Origin: Bacteriovoracia bacterium
GTDB taxonomy: Bacteria; Bdellovibrionota; UBA1018; CAIPTA01
Assembly (NCBI GenBank): GCA_050246755.1
Contig: JBFWVL010000004.1
Span: forward strand, 1 to 64,000
Length of the DNA stretch: 64,000 nt
Reading direction: 5' to 3'
Shown here piece by piece: positions 56,885-64,000 of the stretch. Below the pieces are notes generated by a model, which saw nothing but the letters and a program-made list of their open reading frames with translations, was not told the DNA's origin and searched no databases. A program made the translations under genes and the position numbers. Position 1 is the stretch's first letter; the number at the start of each line of letters is the position of its first letter.

Positions 56885-57787
56885 TTACCTGGAAAGCCTT
56901 TCGATGCGCGCCTCGAGCGGAGGGTGGGTGGCGAAGAGGGCCATCAGGCCTCCGCGACGCCCATTGATTTTGAGCGCGGCCACCGCTGGGCTGGCACTAT
57001 GGTCGTAGGCTTCTTGATTTGCGAGCAAGCGGCGCAGGGCAGCCTGCATGGATTCGCGCCCGGCGAGGGTAGCGCCGCCACGGTCCGCGCGGAATTCGCG
57101 CCAGCGTGAGAAGGAAGCCACGATGATGGCGCCGATCAGGCCGAAGACGAGCTCGAACAGCATCGTGATCATATAGTAGACCATGGGGCTGCCGCGGCCG
57201 CTGTCACGGTCGTTGCGGCTCGCCATCGCTTGGCTTACGGCAAAGGCCGCGATGCGGGCGAGGAACATCACGAACGCGTTCACCACGCCCTGGATGAGGG
57301 TCATGGTAACCATGTCTCCGTTGGCTACGTGGCTGATTTCGTGGGCAAGGACGCCTTCGATTTCATTGGGGCGCATATTGCGCAGGAGCCCAGAAGAAAC
57401 GGCCACCAGGGAACGAGCTTTTGTGGGGCCGGTGGCGAACGCGTTGATCTCTCCGCTTTCGTAGACGCCCACTTCCGGCATCGCGGGCAGGCGTGCCGCT
57501 TTCGCCAGCCGATGCACGGTGCGCGCGAGCTCGCCGTATTCGCCGCTGGAATTGGGATCGATGATTTGCACGCCCATCGTCCATTTGGCGATCACGCGGG
57601 AAAGAGCGAGCGAAAAAAAAGCTCCGCCCATACCCCAAACCAGACAGAAAACCGCGAGGCTGGAATAATCCAGGCCGTAGGCATGCAGGTAAGGGCGTAC
57701 GTTGAAGAGAGAGAGCACGAGGCTGATCGTGAGTACCATCGCGATATTCACGAGGGAGAAGAAAAAGATTCGTTTTAAGAACGGCAT
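56885..57787 (-). CDS. htpX: zinc metalloprotease HtpX
   Basis: NAFATG, HEISH, NGDM, THPP. Confidence 0.96.
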   Translation of the reverse strand: MPFLKRIFFFSLVNIAMVLTISLVLSLFNVRPYLHAYGLDYSSLAVFCLVWGMGGAFFSLALSRVIAKWTMGVQIIDPNSSGEYGELARTVHRLAKAARLPAMPEVGVYESGEINAFATGPTKARSLVAVSSGLLRNMRPNEIEGVLAHEISHVANGDMVTMTLIQGVVNAFVMFLARIAAFAVSQAMASRNDRDSGRGSPMVYYMITMLFELVFGLIGAIIVASFSRWREFRADRGGATLAGRESMQAALRRLLANQEAYDHSASPAVAALKINGRRGGLMALFATHPPLEARIERLSR

Positions 57788-57858
57788 ACGAAATTCCTCC
57801 TAAGAATGGCTGACTAATATAATGGTAGCCATTGGCTATTTAGCAAGGAAAACGCATC

Positions 57859-58566
57859 TTATGACAGATTGCGTTGGTCGTGTTTTTGGGTAAAACCGTA
57901 GCCGAAGCTCAGCACCATGCTGCACCAAAAGGCCCAGAAGGCTGGATTTTTAGGATCGTGAAAATCGATACCAGGCATGTGAAAGCCGTCCACCACAAGT
58001 TTGAGCCCCACGATGAAAACCAGCATATAGGCAGTGGGCTCGAAGCGCGGGAAGCGTTCGAGTAGCTTAATGAACATCGTAGCCGCAAAACGCATCATGA
58101 GGAGTCCGAGCAGGCCCCCGGTAATCACCACCCAGAGTTTCTTGGTGAGCGCTACGGCCGTAAGGATGGAGTCGGCCGCGAAGGCCATATCGGTAAGTTC
58201 CACGATGATCACCGTGCGCCAAAAATTATGCTTCACCGTATTTTTGGCGTCGCTCTCTTCTTTTTTATCTCCGGTCCACCAGTAATGAATCCCTAAGTAC
58301 AGCAGATAGGCGCCGCCCACGAACTTCACCCAGGTCCAGTGCATGAGATACGAGGCGATGGAGATCGCAAACACGCGGAATACCACCGCGCCCACGAGGC
58401 CGTAAGTGAGGGCGCGCTGATGGAGATGCTTAGGCAAGGGATTTACGATCAGCGCTAAAACCAGCGCATTATCGATCGAGAGCACGCCTTCGAGGAAAAT
58501 GAGAAAACCAACCGCGACCAAATCGTCCGCGGATACGTGGGAGAGAACAGAATGAAGAAATTCCAA
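57859..58566 (-). CDS. TerC family membrane protein
   Basis: LEGVLSIDNA, DMAFAADSI. Confidence 0.92.
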   Translation of the reverse strand: MEFLHSVLSHVSADDLVAVGFLIFLEGVLSIDNALVLALIVNPLPKHLHQRALTYGLVGAVVFRVFAISIASYLMHWTWVKFVGGAYLLYLGIHYWWTGDKKEESDAKNTVKHNFWRTVIIVELTDMAFAADSILTAVALTKKLWVVITGGLLGLLMMRFAATMFIKLLERFPRFEPTAYMLVFIVGLKLVVDGFHMPGIDFHDPKNPAFWAFWCSMVLSFGYGFTQKHDQRNLS

Positions 58567-58578
58567 TGGTCACCGGCC

Positions 58579-60210
58579 CTAAGGTAGACGGAAAACCTTT
58601 CCCCACGAGGGAGGCTGCGCGCCGTTTTGGGCGCCGCATACGCTCGTGCCGAAAGGAAGTTGCACCATTTCTACATAATCCTGCGGCAAATTCCAAAGCT
58701 CAGTGCGTTGGAAAAGCCCGGGGCCCCGGGGGGTGGTCACGAGAATATCATTCACTAGGCGGCGCTGGATGCGCGGCGTGAGCAGAATTGGATCGAACGC
58801 GAAAATAATCTTCCGGCCGGCATTGGTTTCCACCGCGGTACCGCCCTGAGAAAGCATGGAAGTGAGGTAGGCGGGCAGGTTCAGCCGGCTCGTATCTATG
58901 GGAAGGAAGCAGCCGTTCGGCCCGGTGGGAGCAAACCCCAGCATTTGAAGCGGAAGGCCTTGGCCCATAGAAGGGTGCGGGGCCTGTGAACTGCCCGTCC
59001 TCTCGATAATATCTGCGCGCGAAAGGCGGCCTTCGCGCGACATTAAGATGGCGGCACCCGCCGCTACCATGGCGGCCGAGTTCGAAGTTCCCTTGAAGTT
59101 TTCTTCTTTCGATAGCGAAACCAGGGAATTGGTCCAGAGCTCGGGTTTTTGCTGCCGATTCGAAATGCTGGTGCGCTCCGAATCGAGGGCGCCAACCGTT
59201 ATAGCTCGTACATTGTCGGCCGGAGGAAGCACGCTTTCATTTTTATCGGCGCTTGCCATGGAAAGCGAATCGCCGTTCACGATGATGCGGAGGCGGTCGC
59301 TACCGGCGAAATTTTTGGAACGATCCTTTACGCGCAGGAAATAAAGGCCGGGCTTTACCTTGGCGGTGATGATCTCGCGGGGATATTTAGAGGTGCCGGG
59401 ACGCTCGACCTTCTCTTTCGTCTGCTGGAGGCTCGAGCTCTGGATCACGTTGAGCGTATCGTCGGTGAGCACGAAGTCGAGGTCTTTGTCGGAGCCTTGT
59501 TCCACGTCATCGGAGAAATCATTCCAGCTGAGCACGGCCCGCAGCATGCATTCTTTAGCGGGATTTTTCTCGCAGCGTACTTCCAGGCCTTGGTTGCGGT
59601 TGGGGAGGGTAACCCAGTCGTCCTCGCCGGTTTGGATTCCGCCGTTGAAAGTGGTGGCGCCCACATTTCCGGAGTTATTGATCCAGAGAATTCCCGAATC
59701 GATGGCTTTATCGATGAGCTTATTGATGAAGCCGCGCCCATCGAAATTTCCTCCATATTCCCAGGTTTGGGAATAAAGCACGATGTCGATCTTATTGCGG
59801 ACCGCATCGTCGATCGCGGCTTTTAGATTGGAGTAGCCGAAGGTATTGTAGAGGTGGAATTCCGCGGGAGCGTAGCGGCCGTCGGTACCGCCCAGGGAAA
59901 GCATGCTCCAGAGAATGCGCGCCATATAGAAACCGTGAGTCTCTTCTTCGCCCTGGGGCGGAACGGGGCCACGGTGAATTTTCGTATTTTTGGGAAGAGA
60001 GCGGCCGATTTCTTTTCCGGCGCCCTGGAAGCCATTGTCGAATATGGCGATTTTTAAGCGGCGTTGGGAACGCTGGCCTTCGGAAAAGTAGGGACGCAGA
60101 TTCAGTCCCTCGATCATCTGATCAAGGTTCTGAAACTGCGCTCCTCGGTCCGCCGCGACGGCAGATACAGAAAAAGCGATCGCGAAAATTCCGAGGAGAA
60201 CAGTTTTCAT
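58579..60210 (-). CDS. secreted S8 (subtilase) peptidase with insertion and C-terminal domain
   Basis: signal peptide; IFDNG (Asp), THG (His), NSGN, GTSNS (Ser). Confidence 0.9.
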   Translation of the reverse strand: MKTVLLGIFAIAFSVSAVAADRGAQFQNLDQMIEGLNLRPYFSEGQRSQRRLKIAIFDNGFQGAGKEIGRSLPKNTKIHRGPVPPQGEEETHGFYMARILWSMLSLGGTDGRYAPAEFHLYNTFGYSNLKAAIDDAVRNKIDIVLYSQTWEYGGNFDGRGFINKLIDKAIDSGILWINNSGNVGATTFNGGIQTGEDDWVTLPNRNQGLEVRCEKNPAKECMLRAVLSWNDFSDDVEQGSDKDLDFVLTDDTLNVIQSSSLQQTKEKVERPGTSKYPREIITAKVKPGLYFLRVKDRSKNFAGSDRLRIIVNGDSLSMASADKNESVLPPADNVRAITVGALDSERTSISNRQQKPELWTNSLVSLSKEENFKGTSNSAAMVAAGAAILMSREGRLSRADIIERTGSSQAPHPSMGQGLPLQMLGFAPTGPNGCFLPIDTSRLNLPAYLTSMLSQGGTAVETNAGRKIIFAFDPILLTPRIQRRLVNDILVTTPRGPGLFQRTELWNLPQDYVEMVQLPFGTSVCGAQNGAQPPSWGKVFRLP

Positions 60211-60225
60211 AGAGCCCCTAAGCTA

Positions 60226-60648
60226 CTAGTACCAGCGGTAGTAGTAGTAGTTACAGTTGTTATACGGATTGTAGTAGTTGTAGTAGGCGTTATACGAATA
60301 CTGGTAACCGTAATAGTAGTACGTGGGGTACGAGTAGCTATAGTTATTCCAGTAGAAATACCAGCCGCTCGAAGAGCTGTCGTTATCGAGTTCACCGCGT
60401 TGCTTGTCCGTATTTTTCATGGCAATGAATTTTTTGCCATCAAAGTTTTGGGGTTTAGCGGCGAGTTTGCTGCTGGAGTGAAGAACCGACACTGCACCCG
60501 TGGCTTTGTCCACTTTCATTACCAGCGTTTGCGGTAGGTCGGCGGCGTGGCGACGAGCGTTTTTTACTTGGTCTTCATTGTCGAGTTCATTTGCGTAAAC
60601 AGAAGCCATTGGCGCGAGAGCCAGGGCCAACAATAGTACTAGTTTCAT
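60226..60648 (-). CDS. secreted precursor with Tyr-rich C-terminal core
   Basis: GGAGG RBS, signal peptide, ELDN twice, last 45 aa contain 22 Tyr. Confidence 0.88.
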   Translation of the reverse strand: MKLVLLLALALAPMASVYANELDNEDQVKNARRHAADLPQTLVMKVDKATGAVSVLHSSSKLAAKPQNFDGKKFIAMKNTDKQRGELDNDSSSSGWYFYWNNYSYSYPTYYYYGYQYSYNAYYNYYNPYNNCNYYYYRWY

Positions 60649-60857
60649 GATCAACCTCCCCGTTGATTTGGTTATGTCTGAGGCGGCTAAATACCGCAAA
60701 ATGACGGATTGCGCAATTTGCAAATCGACCGACGCGCTCCATTACCCTGGTTTATTCTTTTTTCTTTAGTGATTTCAATAATTTGAATAATGCAGTAATA
60801 CGCCGCACTTACGTTGAGATCTCTTAAGTAAGTGCGCAAAAACACCGTTGGTAAGGA

Positions 60858-61283
60858 GTGAGATTCTTCACTTTCCTAATGGTGCTGATTTTGTCCGGAT
60901 GCGGAACTGCGATTCGTCCTTCCGTGACCAAAAATTCAGCCACCAAACCTACCGACGATTCCTTCTTCGTGATTCAGTTCGATCCGCCTTCTAGTTCGGT
61001 GGCCGCCATTCCCACCACAATTAATATTACTTTTAGCCAGACCGATTTAAACGTTCCCTCACTGAACGCCCTCACGCACTTCAATATGATTTGCAATGGG
61101 TTCGCTTTCGCCGCCGCGAGCGTAGTGTATTCTTCGGGAAGTATCATTACGGCCGTCACGATGCCGGCCATCACGGGATTTCCTTCGGGCACCGTTTGCC
61201 AATTCATCGTTTCGGCTAACCTGCAGAATTCCGAGGGAGTGCACCTAAGCGGTTTACGTATGGCCGAGTACCGGCTGTTGTAG
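60858..61283 (+). CDS. lipoprotein with Ig-like domain
   Basis: LSGC lipobox; P...INITFS...L pattern. Confidence 0.7.
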   Translation: MRFFTFLMVLILSGCGTAIRPSVTKNSATKPTDDSFFVIQFDPPSSSVAAIPTTINITFSQTDLNVPSLNALTHFNMICNGFAFAAASVVYSSGSIITAVTMPAITGFPSGTVCQFIVSANLQNSEGVHLSGLRMAEYRLL

Positions 61284-61440
61284 GCCTAATCTGGCGCTCT
61301 TTTTCCGAGAGATCCATGCGCAGAACGTTTTATTTATTTCAAGTTCTAGTAAGCCTAATTTTATTTTCATTTGCGCCATGACGCACCATTTTTGGGCGCT
61401 TTTCCTTGTAAGCCACAGCGTGGTGCCTTACCGTTAAGCC

Positions 61441-62052
61441 ATGAAATTCGGCCCCAAAATCCTCTGCCTCTTCGCGATGGTAGCCTTATTTCTTCCTGCC
61501 TTTTCTTCCGCCGAGCCGCCACGCCGGAATTTCTATGGTTCGCTCGCCGGAAAGCTTGGGTACGGCAAAGCCTCTTCACTGGACGGCACTTCCGTTCCTT
61601 CGCGCGTGATGCTAGTTCCGGCGCTGGAAGGCGTGCTCGCCCTGCGCTGGAATTATTTCCTTTTGGGAGTGGGGGCCGAGTATGCACTCTGGCAGCAATA
61701 TACCAATCCAAGCGGGCTCGCGGATTCCAACGTGCAGGGAGCTATGATCATCGCTGGGCCGGTGCTGGGAATCTCCGCGGGTAGCGTGCGCCTGCTCGCG
61801 CGGCTTTTTCCTCTTTATTCCTCCTACGATCTTTCCCGGCCGAGTGTTTTGGGTGTGAAGCAGGCATATACCTCGGCCGCTCAGCTTGGGATTCAGGTGC
61901 ACTTCCAGTCGGCGGGATCTTCCTTTTGGGGAATTGAGTACGCGAAAACCGAATTCTCGAAACGAGAGGCTCTCGGAACAGAGTTCACGCTGGCGGCGGG
62001 AAACGAAATGCAATTCAAGACGATAGGGGTGGTCTATGGCTTCTCTTTCTAG
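61441..62052 (+). CDS. outer-membrane beta-barrel protein
   Basis: signal peptide, amphipathic strands, terminal YGFSF. Confidence 0.8.
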   Translation: MKFGPKILCLFAMVALFLPAFSSAEPPRRNFYGSLAGKLGYGKASSLDGTSVPSRVMLVPALEGVLALRWNYFLLGVGAEYALWQQYTNPSGLADSNVQGAMIIAGPVLGISAGSVRLLARLFPLYSSYDLSRPSVLGVKQAYTSAAQLGIQVHFQSAGSSFWGIEYAKTEFSKREALGTEFTLAAGNEMQFKTIGVVYGFSF

Positions 62053-62617
62053 ACGCGTGCCTCTTCCTATTTTTTTGCTAGTTATTCTTATTCTTTTTTC
62101 TGCCTGCGGGCAGAGCAAAGGTTATAGCCCCAACTATTCTGGCGGCGGCGCCGCATCGAAAATTAAATATAAAATTTTTGTGACCACGAGGAACGACCTT
62201 TCGGGCGCTTTGCTGGGCACGGCCGGCGCCGACCTTTATTGTAATGCCGATGCCCAAGCCGGCAACGATACTTACAAAGCGCTCATCAGCGTTACGAGCC
62301 GGCAAGCTCCTTCCGCGGACTGGCCGCTAAAAGCGAATACGACTTATTACCGCATCGACGGCACTACCGAAATCGGGACCACCACTGCGGGCGCGATCTT
62401 CTCTGGCACGCTCACCAATTCGGTGAACGCTAGTAACAGTACGGTGTGGACCGGGCTCAGTTCTGGTTTCATTGGGAATAACGAGTGCAGTGGTTTTACC
62501 TCCACGGTAGGGACGGCGCACACGGGACAAAGCGACCAAACTTCGGTGGCCAGTATGATTTCCAACGGCACGAGCAACTGCACCTCCACGCTAAGCCTTT
62601 ACTGCGTTCAGCAGTAA
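62036..62617 (+). CDS. DUF1554 (endostatin-like) lipoprotein
   Basis: FSAC lipobox; IFVT, GADLYC, YKAL, DWPL..NTTY, VWTGL, LYCVQQ. Confidence 0.85.
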   Translation: MASLSRRVPLPIFLLVILILFSACGQSKGYSPNYSGGGAASKIKYKIFVTTRNDLSGALLGTAGADLYCNADAQAGNDTYKALISVTSRQAPSADWPLKANTTYYRIDGTTEIGTTTAGAIFSGTLTNSVNASNSTVWTGLSSGFIGNNECSGFTSTVGTAHTGQSDQTSVASMISNGTSNCTSTLSLYCVQQ

Positions 62618-62652
62618 AATAAAAAAGCCGCTGAAACGAATTTCAGCGGCTT
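62617..62652 (-). terminator. intrinsic terminator between convergent genes
   Basis: aagccgctgaaa-cgaa-tttcagcggctt 12-bp stem with A tract on + strand. Confidence 0.85.
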
Positions 62653-62691
62653 CCCTCTGCGACATTGTTAAAGCAATGCCCGGCAAATTAT

Positions 62692-63033
62692 CTAAGCAGT
62701 TTTGCGGTTCGGCTTGCGAACGTCTTCTTGGATGCCGGAATCTTCAAGGGTCGTTTTTTGGTCGTCGATTTCATCGGCGTCCACATCTTTTTGTTCGCTG
62801 CTCACGTCGAGCTCTTCGTCTTCGATATCAGAGTCTTTCATGGAGTCGCGGGGCGAAGATACCTTTTGGGAATCTTTCTGTCCAAATTTGTCCTGGGCTT
62901 GTGCGCCGGCAAACTGATGCTTGTCTTGGCCTTTTACCACGTCTTGACGAGAGTCTTGGCGGTTGCCTTGGCTCTGCCCGGACTGTTTGCCATTAAGGCC
63001 TTTTTGATTTTGTTGATTTTGGTTCTGTTGCAT
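62692..63033 (-). CDS. low-complexity hydrophilic (Gln/Asp-rich) protein
   Basis: AGGAG RBS, own terminator, no hydrophobic core. Confidence 0.75.
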   Translation of the reverse strand: MQQNQNQQNQKGLNGKQSGQSQGNRQDSRQDVVKGQDKHQFAGAQAQDKFGQKDSQKVSSPRDSMKDSDIEDEELDVSSEQKDVDADEIDDQKTTLEDSGIQEDVRKPNRKTA

Positions 63034-63194
63034 AAATTCTCCTGATTATTAGTGGTTTCCGTTCACATATTCCCGATTCACGTGAACTCAGGGGAGGAAG
63101 TGCAAGCCCGGGGCCAAAAATAACTAGACGACATTTTTGACCTATTCACCGCGGATTCGAGGCAAAATTTCCCGGCACAATATCTGCTTTTGCG

Positions 63195-63392
63195 GTGCCC
63201 ATGATGTTGCAACTCAATCCATCGATTCCGGTAGATACCCCAAAAGGAAAAGGGCAGGCCGCTTTTTTGATCGATTACAGCTCGGAGCATGACTTGTATT
63301 GGGTGGTATTCGTCGACGACAGCCGTGAGTGCTGGACGTTTAACAATCGTGAGATTCGCATTCAGGGAAATTATACGCTCGGGCGGCCGTGA
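63195..63392 (+). CDS. small conserved hypothetical protein
   Basis: LQLNPSIPVDTPKG...IDYS.EHDL.W...ECW pattern, globular beta-rich. Confidence 0.7.
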   Translation: MPMMLQLNPSIPVDTPKGKGQAAFLIDYSSEHDLYWVVFVDDSRECWTFNNREIRIQGNYTLGRP

Positions 63393-63441
63393 TTCCCGCT
63401 GGCGGGAATCACGGCAATCAAACCGGAAAACTAACGGCCGT

Positions 63442-64000
63442 CTAGAAGCCGAAGCCCTTCAGCAGATTTTTCCCTGCACCGGTGGGACCAGGCTGCGCGC
63501 TTTTCTCCGCGCTGCTCATGGCTTTGCCGAGCTCTTCTTTGCTCTGTCCCAGAGATTTTCCGGGACCAGAAGTGAGGCCACCGAGGAGCTCGCGTACTTT
63601 TTTCTTATTGCCGCCGATTTTTTCGTTCACGAAGGAATCCAGTTTTGCCTTCGCCTCGCCTAGTTTAGCTTGCAGTTGTTTTTGGAAGCCGCCGCTAAGC
63701 TCGCGGCCCAGATTAGAATCGAGGCTGATATTGAATTTATCCCAGGAGCCCGTAACGTCGGCATTCATCGTCACGGCCGGAATGCCTCGGAGAACTGCGC
63801 CGAGAATTTCTTTTACGGGAACGGATTTTGCCTCGAAATCGAATTCCGGTTTCTCGAAACGGCTGCCGATTTTGATATTCAGGGATTGGTCGGCCAGCGT
63901 GGCGCTGAGGCTGCTGGAACCCATGGCGTTCTTCAGCCTGAACTTCACGCTCGGGGAATCGGAAAATACTTGGTCTACCACCGGGAAGGATCCGACCTTG
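63442..64000 (-). CDS. C-terminal part of TIGR03545-like protein (start outside window)
   Basis: ADVTGSW...ISLDSNLGREL followed by helical tail. Confidence 0.6.
   Translation of the reverse strand, partial: KVGSFPVVDQVFSDSPSVKFRLKNAMGSSSLSATLADQSLNIKIGSRFEKPEFDFEAKSVPVKEILGAVLRGIPAVTMNADVTGSWDKFNISLDSNLGRELSGGFQKQLQAKLGEAKAKLDSFVNEKIGGNKKKVRELLGGLTSGPGKSLGQSKEELGKAMSSAEKSAQPGPTGAGKNLLKGFGF

Noticed and set aside
57826-57838. TAGCCA-T-TGGCTA palindrome upstream of htpX
   Set aside because: Single short dyad, no match to CIRCE or another known operator; insufficient evidence
60064-60537. + strand Val-rich and alternate-frame Thr-rich ORFs; (GTA)n repeats
   Set aside because: Shadows of TAC/TAT Tyr codon runs in the real minus-strand precursor, which has an RBS and signal peptide
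1-64000. tRNA/rRNA genes, transposases, integrases, defence systems
   Set aside because: None recognised; intergenic spaces are short and accounted for

Overview
Mostly core-chromosome window, GC-rich coding sequence with short AT-rich intergenics. Gene repertoire (SWIB protein, FliG-like mini protein, tandem PilZ, TIGR03545, many secreted hypotheticals, sigma28-type boxes) suggests a Bdellovibrionota/Oligoflexia-like bacterium; this is inference, not a database result. Recognisable housekeeping genes: feoAB, metG, psd, trhO, xth, phnDCE, prfC, dnaB, rplI, rpsF, glmU-glmS, pcrA/uvrD, gatCAB, ppx, ddl, mazG, mscS, htpX, terC. No tRNA, rRNA, CRISPR array or transposase was seen. Top candidates for something undescribed: (1) a secreted precursor with a duplicated ELDN motif and a 45-aa core containing 22 Tyr, co-transcribed with an S8 protease and TerC (57.9-60.6 kb); (2) an unannotated structured minus-strand ncRNA with a 25-bp stem, preceded by a sigma54 promoter, IHF-like site and tandem enhancer-like dyads (44.25-44.59 kb); (3) a signal-peptide protein with two GGDEF/Palm-like domains (50.0-51.7 kb); (4) an ACP-less, Ole-like lipid cluster whose KAS III lacks the catalytic His/Asn (44.6-49.9 kb); (5) a bacterial Tsr3/DTW-like aminocarboxypropyltransferase.
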